A stretch of 63,007 nt of DNA, counting the filler, from Octopus bimaculoides (lineage: Eukaryota): assembly GCF_001194135.2 (NCBI RefSeq). It is 5 parts of 5 records of this genome, joined end to end, with 100 filler letters (N's around TTAATTAATTAA, not from the genome) between each part and the next. Parts side by side here need not be neighbours in the genome. Positions count along the whole stretch, not along the records: positions 20,522 to 32,874 come from NC_068981.1; positions 32,975 to 37,818 come from NC_068998.1; 3 more parts are not named here. One strand, given 5' to 3'. Under the pieces are notes generated by a model. It made no database searches and was not told where the DNA came from. It saw only the letters and a program-made list of their open reading frames with translations. Each line of letters begins with the position of its first letter. The stretch's first letter is position 1. Below are positions 24,100 through 36,556 of the stretch, piece after piece. Position numbers and translations under genes: made by a program.

Positions 24100-24177
24100 C
24101 TTTTCAAATGTCTTGGTAACAAAAACCACTTTGTTTCCGAACAAATATTTCAACATTGCCAATGAAAACAATTTCAT
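24100..24177 (-). CDS. Candidate first coding exon MKLFSLAMLKYLFGNKVVFVTKTFEK
   Basis: Strong donor AAG|GTGAGC; the only frame open to the donor begins with ATG right after a TGA. No homology recognised. Confidence 0.25.
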
Positions 24178-24481
24178 TCACAGCAGGATTCTTTCTATTA
24201 TACCATTTTGCTTAATTTCTCTTCTATGTACATTGTCCATTGTTTTCCTCAACCCATCCCTTACCATTCAGCACTGACTTTCTTACGTCTTTATCCTCTT
24301 CCATTCCTTTTTATCTACCTTCTGCCCACCTACTGTCATTTCTATGCATATCTATTCCTTTAACCCTAACCCTAGCCTTTAAACACAATCTGCTTAACCT
24401 ACTTATCTACTTGTTTACCTATTTAGCTACCTATCGACTTGCCTACCTATTTACCTATCTAGCAACATACAAACTTACCTT

Positions 24482-24550
<69 letters not shown>

Positions 24551-24933
24551 TTGTTTCCACTTTACTTGTCACCACGCTTTTTACCTGCGAATTCTTGTCT
24601 TCACTCTTTTAAAAAAAAGTTTTCATTTGTTCTTTTATGCCAATCTCTTTTATGTCAGTTCCTCCCTTTATCCTGTTTTTGCCTTCCTTTTTACTTTTTC
24701 CCTTGCTTTCATTTCTAAAAGAATGAGTGCGTTATTGACAAGTATTTCAAAGACTTGTTCGAAGCACAGTCAGATTATTAGATTCACAGTAAAAATACTC
24801 GACTTAAACGAGACGTAACGAGAATATATGGGAGTTAACATGATTATTATTTCTCTCTTCACTGTTTTGAAGACAAAGAGTCAAGGACAATGTTTTCTAT
24901 GTCTTTTAGATGTACTAATGAGATGTTAGGTAA

Positions 24934-25002
<69 letters not shown>
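24934..25002. repeat. (TAA)n microsatellite
   Basis: Directly visible. Confidence 0.95.
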
Positions 25003-26193
25003 CGACTATTATTCCAAACTGATCAATATAGAGTCCAAATTCTTACTAGTATTGTTTAGGGCTTGAAAATATGCACATTTTAAAAGCTGAATCGTGTTAA
25101 TAAGTAAGGAAGTCGTAATAAGTACAAATGTATATATAAAAGACAATAACAGTATCAATGAAAATCTTAATAATATCGGTTTATGATGAATGTTCACTAA
25201 CATGTAAGCAGTAACAGTACTTTTCCTCTTTATTTCTTTAATCGCTATTATAGCAAATTTTTGACACCCCCCTTCCCTGCCGAACTAAAGCACTGTGTAC
25301 CACCCTTATTGAAACACGGCACCCACTTCGGTTCTTTTTTGTCATCTATATTAAGCTTCACCTACTATTTTCCTTTATTGTCTTCGTCTGAACTATAGCC
25401 TTTTTGACATCCACTCTGGGCGCGTTTCTCCCTTCCTATAAACGTCAGCCTATAAAAGTTTATATTGAACATCAATCGTCGGTTTAAGGATGAGGCCTTC
25501 AGAGCTCATGGGTGTTATCCATTATCTTTCGAGTAAATATATATTGAATAAACAACAGGTAAAATTTTGTAAGGAAGAGGAATGATCGGCTGAAACGTCT
25601 ATAAATTATTAATTCTTACTTTGGCACAAATCAAATTTTCGTACTGGACAGAGCCACGTATATTAGTTATCTCAGTGTGCTATCTTCTACTTATTTTATC
25701 TACTTCGGAGAGATAAAAAAAAAAAAAGACATATTTGAGTGGATACGACGGTTTCGGACAAACTCTCTCACTGCGCTATCAAAATAATATTTATTTCAAT
25801 TTTGTGATTTTCGCAATTTAGTCATGAAATGACGAGCTCATATGATAATTGAGAACCCCTCGGTCGAAATCCTGGCCATACGCATGAACACACATGCGCG
25901 CGCACATTAATTAAATATGATGATTATGATAGCTGTCCACACGTGACCGAGGAAGATTATCACTGGCAAAATGCCAGCAATGCCTGTGCGAAGCTTACTG
26001 CACCCGGATTCGCGCCAGCTGCTTCTATGGTCACCGCGGCGAACCTCCTACTCGACGGGGCATCGGAAAGCTGCCTCACCGACGATTGCACAACCTAAAA
26101 TTTTAGGTCTAATAAGACTTGCACAGCACATCTGATACTCTCTTCACCCTACTGACATGATCCAGAGACAAGCCAGAGAAAGACATCCACCAG

Positions 26194-26233
<40 letters not shown>

Positions 26234-26444
26234 AAAAGACGAAGACGGGTGTGTAAACAACAAACAGATGTATTAGGGAAGTGAGAAAGTATTTGGCCAA
26301 AAGTCACCCGACAGTAAATCAAAATTCCATAAATACTTAATATTCAATTTTATATATNNNNNNNNNNNNNNNNNNNNNNNNNNNNNNNNNNNNNNNNNNN
26401 NNNNNNNNNNNNNNNNNNNNNNNNNNNNNNNNNNNNNNNNNATA

Positions 26445-26600
26445 GTTCGTCTATGCGTTCTGAGTTCAAATTCCGCCGAGGTCGACTTTCCATTTCATCC
26501 TCTTGGAGTTGATAAAATAAGCATCAGCTGAGCACTAGAGTCGATATAATCGACATAACCCCTCCCCACGAACTTGCTGGCGTTGTGCCTAAATTTGAAA
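26445..26600 (+). mobile_element. SINE family A, 5'-truncated at a gap
   Basis: gttctgagttcaaattccgccgaggtcgactttcc. Confidence 0.8.
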
Positions 26601-27074
26601 CGCACACGCACACACACACACACATATATATATATAAAAGTTGAGAGGGAAAAGGGAGAGAGGGGAGCGGGGCCCGGAGAGAATTCGTAAACCCGAATCT
26701 ATGTTTACCTATTCTTCAATTAAAATAATCACCACCAGTTGTAAATAATATACAGATGTGTTATTTATAGACCTGGTATATATTTCACATGGAAACAATG
26801 TCCACATACCAAGGAATATTTATATTTACACATAGGACGCACAAAAGAAATGTTCTGTTTTGACATTTTAAATGTAATAGATTACGAATTTAGAATACGA
26901 AACACACTACATAGCAAGCACTCCTTCAATGTAACTGCATACTCCTAAGAGTATGTAGCGCTATTCGGTTCGGTTATGGATTTTCTATATTCTTTTCATA
27001 AGAGCAAACAAAACTTGGAGTGGTAGTAAACTGGTGGTCAGGAGGTCGTATCCTTCTGGGGCCTCTAGGAGGTA

Positions 27075-27410
27075 TGTAGGCGCAGGCATGTTTATGTGGC
27101 CAGGAAATTCGCTTTGCAGTCACGTGAAATCCCGGGTTCAGTCCCACTGCACAGTATTTTGGGCGAGAGTGTCCTACTATAACCTCTAACCGACCAATAA
27201 TTTGTGAGTTAATTTCGTAGATGGAAACTGTAAGGAAGCACGTCGTGTATATACATATGTGTGTGCGTGTCTTTGTGGTTGTGCTGTGTTTATCGTCCAT
27301 CATAGCTTGGCAACTGATGTTGGTTTGTTTATGTCCTTGTAAATTAGCGGTTCGGCAAAATAGATCGATAGAATAAGTGCCAGATAAAAAGAAAAAGTAC
27401 TGGATTAAAC
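27075..27410 (+). mobile_element. SINE family B
   Basis: aggcgcagg..cccgggttcagtcccactgc..gcggttcggcaaaa. Confidence 0.75.
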
Positions 27411-27748
27411 CCCACACTCCCTAAAAAAACAACTCAACAAGCAAAAACACATCTCTAAATCAGGAGAGAAGGCTGTTCCATTGATCCTTTTGAGAGCCTC
27501 CAAGATTAGTGGGATGAAGTAAAGAAGATATTCTCAAATCCGAAACTTGGTCATTAATGGATGCAATATATCCAGGTTGCGGGTGTTGAATCGGTCGACA
27601 GATTATGTCTATCCACTGCAAATAGATCACAGTAGGACTTGAATTCAGAATGTAAAGAGCCGGAACAAATACCACATGACATCCTGTCCGACGCTCTAAC
27701 GATTCCACCAATCCGCCGACCTACACTGGAACTTTATTTAACAACCAG

Positions 27749-27965
27749 ATATCATCATCATCATCCACTTTTGCAGGCTTGCATGTGTCAGGCGGAATTT
27801 GTTGAGGTAGATTTTTTTAAGATGGATGCTCTTCCTATCGACAACTCTCGCGCGTTTCAAAGCAAGATGGTATCGTTTTCCTATCACTTTGTTTTCATGG
27901 CGGATTGGAAACAAAAGTACCGTTTGTGTGACTGTGGCACTCATAACTATCACACGATATCAAAA
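27749..27965 (-). mobile_element. RTE 3' tail (family C-related), decayed
   Basis: (atc)n..gcatgtgtcaggcgg..ggatgctcttcct. Confidence 0.5.
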
Positions 27966-27974
27966 CAAAGAAGT

Positions 27975-28044
<70 letters not shown>

Positions 28045-28057
28045 TTATTTTGTATTA

Positions 28058-28330
28058 GGTATGACATTAAACTACATCCAATGGTGAAGTTCCATTGGAT
28101 GTAGTTCTGGAGTTCTGGAGTTGTGGGGAACATGGAGTCACCCTTAATTACTCCCAGGTCCGTTCTGACCGGGAATGGTGGTATCTGTCAGGGTCCCATC
28201 TATGAGTTAAAGAGATTTCCCATGCGTAGAGGAAGCTTCTATTATTTTTGACAAAAGCGTGGGTAAAGCTCTCTTCTAAGAGAAATGTACTCTGGCACAG
28301 ATCTTGCTCTTACAACAGTACCAGTTATCT
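28058..28330 (+). mobile_element. Dispersed repeat family G, copy 2
   Basis: Homologous to 12213-12480. Confidence 0.65.
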
Positions 28331-28589
28331 TGAAATGCTTGTCACTGGAACCTTTTATGGCGACCGAGAGAGTGGCAAAAGTGTTGTTCAAGTTTTTATC
28401 ATTTGAATATAATGATGTACAGATCTCTCACTATCATTTCATTTCTTGATCCGTTTTGTATTTCATAAAGTCCTGTGGCGATGGATATCTGCACACATGC
28501 AAGGATAAAAGTAAATCAGAACAATGAGGCTCAATGTGAGATGACTATCATCTGAGAAGATGAAGCAATCATCATCTATGTATGTCATT

Positions 28590-28945
28590 ATTCAGTTTAT
28601 TTCAAAATTTCTTGCCAATAGAGAAAGAACCGGTTTCTAACCTAGATCCAAGTCTCCTTCATTGGAATTTCAACATCAATAACAGGGTATGTATGTATGC
28701 ATGTATGTATGTATGTATGCATGTATGTGCAGATTTGTATGTTTTATGTATGTATTCTCATGCATATAGTTTCCATATCTAGAATGCTCATATATATTTA
28801 GATGATAAACTTCTGGAAAGTTTTACAGATTTTTACAGTTCCAGTGATGGACAGGATCTGTAGTTTTCGAATTAGCTTTCTCCTTTCTGGTTCTGAGAAG
28901 CCTAATTTCTTAAGATTGGTTATTTAGGCAGTGTGTTACATATGT
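28590..28945 (-). mobile_element. 3' end of an RLE-type non-LTR retrotransposon
   Basis: Minus strand: LGFSEPERRKLIRKLQILSITGTVKICKTFQKFII*, then a 3' UTR ending aataaa; related fragment at 38110-38185 (+). Confidence 0.55.
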
Positions 28946-28967
28946 ATGTTTGTATGTATGTATGTAT

Positions 28968-29135
28968 GTATACGACAGGGTTCTTTCAGTTTCCCTGAAC
29001 CAAATTCACTTACAAGTCTTTAGTCGGCCAAGGCTTATAGCAGAAGACACTTGTCCAAGTTGTTATGCAGTAGGACTGAATCCGAAACCGTGTGGTTGGG
29101 AAGCGACCTTCTTAACTACACGGCCACACCGGCAC
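28968..29135 (-). mobile_element. SINE family B, 5' half
   Basis: ttctttcagtttcc..gaagacacttgtccaag..gactgaatccgaaaccgtgtggttgg. Confidence 0.75.
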
Positions 29136-30029
29136 CTAGATAAGTAAAATAAATACCAGAAGTACAGTGTTGATTTAATCGAATGCAATCCAGAAATTAT
29201 ATTGGGTGAAAGCAGATGAAAATTACTCAAGGAAGATTAGTGTAGGAGGTTTGAAAGTCACCTACAGCTTGAAGAAAACTGGAGATTAACTGTTATGTAG
29301 ATCAAGTGTGCTTACTAAAACATTTTAATGTATGTTGTCCACTTCAAGTGTACATCATACTTTAAAATATATTACATGTGAATGAAGTAGGTAGTTTGAT
29401 GGCTGCATTTCCACCACTAAGCTATTGTTTAGAAGTTAAAGTCAATGAGACGAGTATTTATGTTTCCAATCGAATATAGGTCTATTGAAATTCAAAGTTA
29501 GGTTAAGATGGAATTGATTAATTTCACAGAAATAAATGATTTCAAGAAACAATACAGTCGAATTATTGCTTTCCTTCAATAATACTGTTTGCTTGTCGTA
29601 TGTTAGATGGTTAAATCCTGACACGACATACGAACTTAGTTATCTTTAGGTTGTAAATAAATATTTGCAGTGTATCAGAGAGTATTTCCTTCTGTAGGGA
29701 TATAAAAGTTATCTTTTAAAATCGGCAATACTACAAAGTTCACAAGAGAAAGAAGAATATTTGTTATCTGTCAGTCCCATTCCCCAGTTGTTGTTGTTCA
29801 CTTTTATCGACTAACGTTCCAATCATGACCACGCAAACCGTTGTTTATTATTTTCCAAAATTACATAAATATATTTACGAATTATTGCATTGTTTTCTCT
29901 CACTAGGTATAAGTTCGATTACTGTGAATGATAAGCTACAATCAAATTGGTTGATCAGAAATATATTTGAATTATTTCATACACTACCCACCGACTATAA
30001 GATGCTATGCCGAAAAATACAAAATGTGA

Positions 30030-30200
30030 CAAGGCTGGCCCTTTGAAGTACAGGTACAACTCATTTTTGATTGCTGAGTGAACTGGAGCAACGAGAAATG
30101 AAGTGTCTAGCTGAAGGACACAACGCGCCACTAGGAATCGAACTCACAACCTTACGATCGTAGAGGCAAATACCCTTAACCACTAAACCACGCGGCTTCA
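30030..30200 (-). mobile_element. tRNA-derived SINE family D
   Basis: Minus strand head gcgtggtttagtggttaagg..gagttcgattcc (A/B-box-like), then caaagggccagccttgtcac shared with 48066-48440. Confidence 0.75.
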
Positions 30201-30227
30201 GTGTATTCTCCTGAAAATGAGTCTTAC

Positions 30228-30342
30228 CCTTGTTCTGGTACAGCCCATCTCTTTCTCTTGGATGTCAAATCCTCGATGTTCTGCTGGGTTAAGTTAGGAG
30301 GGTCGAGGGAGTTTTTATGTCCGCTTGCAACTACATAGGAAC
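30228..30342 (-). CDS. Internal coding exon (phase 1 to 2) of an unidentified minus-strand gene: GSYVVASGHKNSLDPPNLTQQNIEDLTSKRKRWAVPEQG
   Basis: Acceptor ctaattgttttag|, donor GG|gtaaga, 115 nt open, in phase with the exon at 30841-30945. Confidence 0.75.
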
Positions 30343-30840
30343 CTAAAACAATTAGCGATAGCATGATTCACACTACTAGGTCACCATTCACTTGTGAGTG
30401 ACGGCTAAACAAGGTGACTTAATAATTTTCTGTGGAAATATATCGTCTTAACAACTCCCGTTCACCATGCAGGAAATTTCTTTGTTTGTTTATTCTTGAG
30501 AGCTTCAGAGAAAGCAAAGTTTACTCTTTCCGTATTAGTTAAATTTAAAATCGTGTCAGGTTAAATTTAAAATCGTGTCAAAAAAACATTTGTAAAAGTG
30601 GCCCTTTTATAATACAGATTGTTTCTCGTCGCTTAGATCAGAGATACTTTATCGCAATGAGTTTTGACAGAGCTTTCTTCGACCCTCATTTTATCAGTCC
30701 AAGTACCTATCTATACTACAGCTGACACAAACAAACATAGCCACCCACACAAACCTACACAAATTGTCCCTCACGCAACACGTCTTCATTACAATCGGCG
30801 GGCAGGTTTCGTCTACAAGCAACTTCAATAATTGTTTTAC

Positions 30841-30945
30841 CTAGCGTGTTCGTCTCTGGAAATTCAACCTGAAAGTCTAATGATGGTTGCTTCTGATAGG
30901 ACTCGACGGAGGAAGTGCCTGAGGACTCCATCTCTATGGTCCTCT
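30841..30945 (-). CDS. Coding exon (phase 1 to 1) of the same gene: RTIEMESSGTSSVESYQKQPSLDFQVEFPETNTL
   Basis: Acceptor catttccttcgcccactattccag|, donor TAG|gtaaaa, 105 nt; only one frame is open and it splices in frame to 30342. Confidence 0.7.
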
Positions 30946-31801
30946 CTGGAATAGTGGGCGAAGGAAATGGATGGATAGATGGATAGATGGATGGATGGAT
31001 ACTCGTCTTTTAAGAACCTTTCACGAACAGAATTTTCGAAAACGTATTGTAATAAACATTAAAAAATCTTAGTCCCAGGCAAACGAAGTATGACCAACTG
31101 GATAACGTTCCGAAATATACTGAAAATAAAACGAGATCTTCATAGCTGGAAGGCCGTCAATCATATGCGGGTTTGACCGGAGGAAAAGCTAGAAATTAAG
31201 CAACAAAAACAACATACCCTGCATATCTCATGAAAACATATCTACAGCCACCTTTCCTGTTAACTATTCATAGTACAGCTAACGCATAAATAATGACTAT
31301 ACATTACACTTATGATTATTCATTGCAACCACATGTACAAAAGATTATATCGTGAGTGAAAGAGATCTATTCAAGGCCAGAGTTCACCAAACATTTCAAC
31401 AATTACTGTTACTATATACAGATAGAATATGTGTTCTTCCTATCATAATGTACGGATTACTTATCTGCGGAAAATGCAGATACGCCCATACAAAAAAATA
31501 ACCACTCAAACAATCAATCATGTATTTTCTTATCAATAGTTTGTAACCTTTGGTACGACGTCGAATTTTGTCTATTCGCTGACACTATTACTGCTATTGC
31601 CATAGTCTCTTTTCATTTGAACTTTTTCATTATATACATACATAGAAACATACATACATACATGCATGCATAACTCTATACATATATATATACATGCTTA
31701 AATACATATATATATGTATATATACTTATATACATATACACATACACACAAAGACATTCATACATACATATACACAAACACATACCTACATACATGCACA
31801 C

Positions 31802-32640
31802 ATATCATCATCATCCGTCTTCAATATACATATATATTTTGTATATCAAGTCATGGGTTGGACGATTTGACAGGATCCGACGCGCTAGAGATCTACGTCG
31901 AGCTCCAATGTCTGGTTTGGCACGATTTCTGTGACTGGACGCTCTTTCTAAGAACAACCATTTTCGAGAGTGTATTGAGAACCTTTTTAGTGGCACTGGC
32001 ACTAGTGATCTCACCAAGTAAATCGCAAGAGAAGCACCCCGACTGAGTCAGGGTGCAGTACTTAGAGAAATGGCTTCGCGCTAGGTATTGAAAGGCTAGA
32101 GTATGATAGAGGGTCCAAAGACATGCGTCTTGCTGTAGAGGAGAAGCATGACTACCTCAGCTGGAAAAGATGGTGGAGATGAGATGTCAAGGCATACCCT
32201 CAAAGTGCAAGAAGGTGAAAATAAAAGAGAATAGGGACAGAAGATCGAGAAGGGTTTTGGGGAATATCGGTAGAATGTGAAAGGAGAGTGACAGGTGGTT
32301 AGGTTGTAATAGAGGTAAATGAAGAACAGGAAGCGTGGTCAGGGGAGAATATCAGTTTGGGTGGGGGAGGAGAGGGGAAATAGGTGTGGGTCAGTGAGGA
32401 GGTGGTAGTAAGTGGCAGTATTTAAAAGGGGTGATGGTGGCGAGCAACGGTACAATATGAACATGCATAGCAGAGAAATGGGAAGATGGCGTGGAGAGTG
32501 TGGGGTGGGCATGAGAGAGGCGTGCACAGCGACAGAGGAGATCAGAGGTACGTAAGTATGGATACAGAGAATAATGGAAAAAGGTGGAGGGGGAGACGAT
32601 GGCAGATATAAGAGGGTAGTAAGAGGAAAGGGGCGTTCGT
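31802..32640 (-). mobile_element. RTE 3' UTR and tail (family C-related)
   Basis: (atc)n..catgggttggacgatttgac..ggacgctctttc; pyrimidine-rich UTR on the minus strand like 8950-9750. Confidence 0.6.
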
Positions 32641-32717
32641 GGACAATAAAGTGTTAATCCAACTTGAAGTGGTTTTGATAGACAGAAACTCAAAGAAACC
32701 TTGCGTGTGCGTGTGTA

Positions 32718-32782
<65 letters not shown>

Positions 32783-32835
32783 CCTCCCTCTGTCTCTGTC
32801 TGCCTGTCTGTCTGTCTGTTTATCTGTTTGTCTGT

Positions 32836-32874
<39 letters not shown>

Positions 32875-32974
32875 NNNNNNNNNNNNNNNNNNNNNNNNNN
32901 NNNNNNNNNNNNNNNNNNTTAATTAATTAANNNNNNNNNNNNNNNNNNNNNNNNNNNNNNNNNNNNNNNNNNNN

Positions 32975-33041
<67 letters not shown>

Positions 33042-33542
33042 TACATGCTAATATAAATATACACAATGCTTAACTTTCAAGTCACTTCCATCCTATTCCA
33101 TTTCGTATAAAATTTTTGTACTTATTTTATTTCATTATATTTCATGTTTTAATTATCTATTACTGTATTTATTTTATCGACTGTTCTTTCTTTATTTTTG
33201 TATATATTTATTGACAATCGACAAAGAATTTTCTATGGCATATGTCAGGCTATTAAATTCTCAAGTTTTTCATTGAAAAGCTGGCGTTTACATTGGCATT
33301 CAAGAAACGTTGAGGGTTTTGTGTAAAATCTACATTATGAAAACCCGTAGGCAGTTGTTTGCGAAAGAAACCGTGATTCACAGTCATATTGCTAAACTGT
33401 TTGCAGTTGCTGGCAGTTACTAACTACCTGTCTGTATCTCTGCGCGTCTGTCTGCCCGTCTCACTCATTCTTCCTTCTGTCTGTATGCATTATGTATGTA
33501 TGTATGTATGTATGTATGTATGTATGTATGTATGTATGTATG

Positions 33543-33585
<43 letters not shown>

Positions 33586-33659
33586 TTGTCTGTCTGCCTG
33601 TGCGTCTGTTTCTCTATCTGACTGTGTGTCTCGTGGTCATTGTAGCTGTCTTTCTGCTC

Positions 33660-33727
<68 letters not shown>

Positions 33728-34026
33728 CCCCTCTCTCTTTATCTATCTATATGTTTGTCTCTCTGTCTCTCTTTTTATCTGTTCCCGTATTGGTGCAAGT
33801 ATTTTGACGGTTGCTTTTGATGGCAGTCTAACTTTACATAATACTTACTGCTACTAGATGGTAGCGTGAGTTAGTGTCTTTTACCATAATATATAGTAAA
33901 CCCATAACTCGTGACTGAAATTCGATTAGCGAAGCCAGTTTGAAAATTCCCTCGGATAGAATGCACCCGGTATTCAAAGTAACAGTTTTTAACATTTACA
34001 GTCATGTTGATTTTGTATGAGACATA

Positions 34027-34790
34027 TTGGGTTGGCCAAAAAACTGTTCGATGTTTTAAGTGAAAATAAGAGATAAATTTTAGGCACAAAGCCATTTATT
34101 CAAACAATTACCGGTTCGTTCTAGTATCTTCTGCCATCTTATGACCAGATCTATTATTCTCTGTTAAAAAAGTTTCCTGTCTTTATTAACGAGAAACTAT
34201 TCCAGGTTAAGTTTTATATCGTTTTAGGAGTTGATGGTCTATTCATTCAATAAATGTGAAAAGTCTGATGCAGATGGAAATGTGAAGGCACAAGATCAGA
34301 CGAATAAGTAGGGTGCTGCAAAAACTTCCCAGTCAAACCCCATTACTTCTTGTCACGTCTGCAAAGTGTACGGTCTAGTATTGCTGTAATGAAAGGCAAA
34401 ATATAATGCTCTTACGATTAGCAAGTGTTGGACGCTTCAGATGTACCACTGCGTTTAATTTGTCCGGCTGATAACAGTGCACATCTAAATTTATGTTTTT
34501 GACCGTGGGAAGAAGCTCTTCAAAGACAACATCCTTCCAATCCTACGAAATCGAAAGCATAACCTTTGAGTGAAATCTTGATTTGGAGGTTGTCTTTCGT
34601 GGTTCGCCGCGCTTTCACCACGATCTTTTGCATTTTCCATTGTTATAGACGATTCGTTTTTCGTTTCCTCTGACCATTCTCTTCAAAAAGGGAATGTTTT
34701 CTTCACGTTTCTGCAACGAAATGCAGATGGAAATCCGTTGCATGAGGTTGGTCTCATTCAGTTGATGTGGGACAGAAACATCAAGCCGAC
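34027..34790 (-). mobile_element. mariner transposase pseudogene with one TIR
   Basis: PHQLNETNLMQRISIC..KRMV; HPTYSSDLVPSHFHL (YSPDLAP motif); TA followed by ttgggttggccaaaa at 34025. Confidence 0.85.
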
Positions 34791-34883
34791 TGACGTAAGA
34801 CTTTTAGACACAGGCAAACTAGAATATTCTCCAAAGAGATCGATTCCCTAAAGGTTAACAGGACTCATATCCGATATAAAATT

Positions 34884-35099
34884 TATTTCTTTATTGTCCT
34901 TAGGGGGCTAAACATAGAGGGGACAAACAAGGACAGACAAGGACATACAAAGAGATTAAGTCGATTGCATCGACCCCAGTGCGTAACTGGTACTTATTTA
35001 ATCGACCCCGAAAGGATGAAAGGCAAACTCGACCTCGGCGGAATTTGAACTCAGAACGTAACGGCAGACGAAATACCGCTAAGCATTTCACCCGGCGTG
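34884..35099 (-). mobile_element. SINE family A, 5'-truncated, with 17-bp TSD
   Basis: Flanks atatccgatataaaatt (34867-34883) and atatccgatacaaagtt (35100-35116). Confidence 0.85.
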
Positions 35100-35127
35100 A
35101 TATCCGATACAAAGTTACAGACGATTA

Positions 35128-35360
35128 AGGCAACGAGCTGGCAGAAACGTTAGCACGCTGGGCGAAATGTTTAGCGGTATTTCGTCTGTCTTTACGTTAT
35201 GAGTTCAAATTCCGCCGAGGTCGACTTTGCCTTTCATCCTTTCGAAGTCGATTAAATAAGTACCAGTAACGGACTGGGGTCGGTATAATCTACTTAATCC
35301 GTTTGTCTGTCCTTGTTTGTCCCCTCTGTGTGTAGCCCCTTGTGGGTAGTAAAGAAATAA
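35128..35360 (+). mobile_element. SINE family A, full length
   Basis: aggcaacgagctggcagaaacgttagcacgc..gtcccctct..aaagaaataag. Confidence 0.85.
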
Positions 35361-35565
35361 GAAACGTTAACGCCTGGCGAAATGCTTAGCGGTATTTCAT
35401 TCGTTTTTACGTTCTGAGTTCAAATTCCACCGAGGTGACTTAACCTTTCATCCTTTTGGGATCGATAAATTAAGTACCAGTTGGGTACTGGGATCGATAT
35501 CATCGACTGCCACCCGCCCCCACTCCCCAAAATTTTCGGGTCTTTTGCCTAGAGTACAAAAGACT
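35361..35565 (+). mobile_element. SINE family A, tandem third copy with a different tail
   Basis: aaacgtta..ggcgaaatgcttagcgg..gttcaaattccaccgagg..cctagagtacaaaag. Confidence 0.8.
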
Positions 35566-36208
35566 ATAACAGACGACTGAGAATATTAAAACTGTCTCAC
35601 TGTTTCCAAAGCCGATAAAACATTTCTATAATTGTCTGAAAGGAAAGAAAATATCCCATTTGTTATATTTTGGTTTTACAAACGAGAAACTAAAGCTATT
35701 TTCTGATTGGCTCAAAGTTTCAGCGCACGTATAATTTTGCACTGGGGAAATATATTTCCTTAAATGCTGAAAAGCACTAAGAAAATTCATTAATTGCTTA
35801 ATTCTAACAATTGTTGTCTCTAACAATTAAGCAGTTGACTGTGCTGTCACATTTACATTTAAGGTATTCAATATTGTGACAATGTAGGGAGTCTCTACTG
35901 AGATTTATATCAAAGACTTGTTTACCGAACAAATGTGTATTTATGTATGTATGCATTTATACATACATACATACATACATACATACATACATACATACAT
36001 ACATAGATGCATACCTAGATAGATAGATACATACATTCATACCCACACACATATATATATATCATTATACTCTGACTGCCTCCTTCGCCTTAATATATAT
36101 GTGTGTGTATGTATATATATATATATATATATATAACTGTGACTGCTTCCTTCTTAATATATATATAACTTCATATATATATATATCATTATAGATATAT
36201 ATATGTTA

Positions 36209-36241
<33 letters not shown>

Positions 36242-36556
36242 GTATGTATATATATANNNNNNNNNNNNNNNNNNNNNNNNNNNNNNNNNNNNNNNNNNNN
36301 NNNNNNNNNNNNNNNNNNNNNNNNNNNNNNNNNNNNNNNNNNNNNNNNNNNNNNNNNNNNNNNNNNNNNNNNNNNNNNNNNNNNNNNNNNNNNNNNNNNN
36401 NNNNNNNNNNNNNNNNNNNNNNNNNNNNNNNNNNNNNNNNNNNNNNNNNNNNNNNNNNNNNNNNNNNNNNNNNATATACACATACATACATATATATACA
36501 TATATATATATACATACATACATATATATACATATATATACACATATATATGTATA

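Noticed and set aside
30030-30200. tRNA gene-like sequence (also SINE heads at 23830, 27075, 48066)
   Set aside because: A/B-box-like motifs continue into SINE bodies with no complete cloverleaf; these are retroposon heads.
30538-30580. 21-bp direct duplication gttaaatttaaaatcgtgtca
   Set aside because: Ordinary slippage duplication with nothing inserted between the copies.
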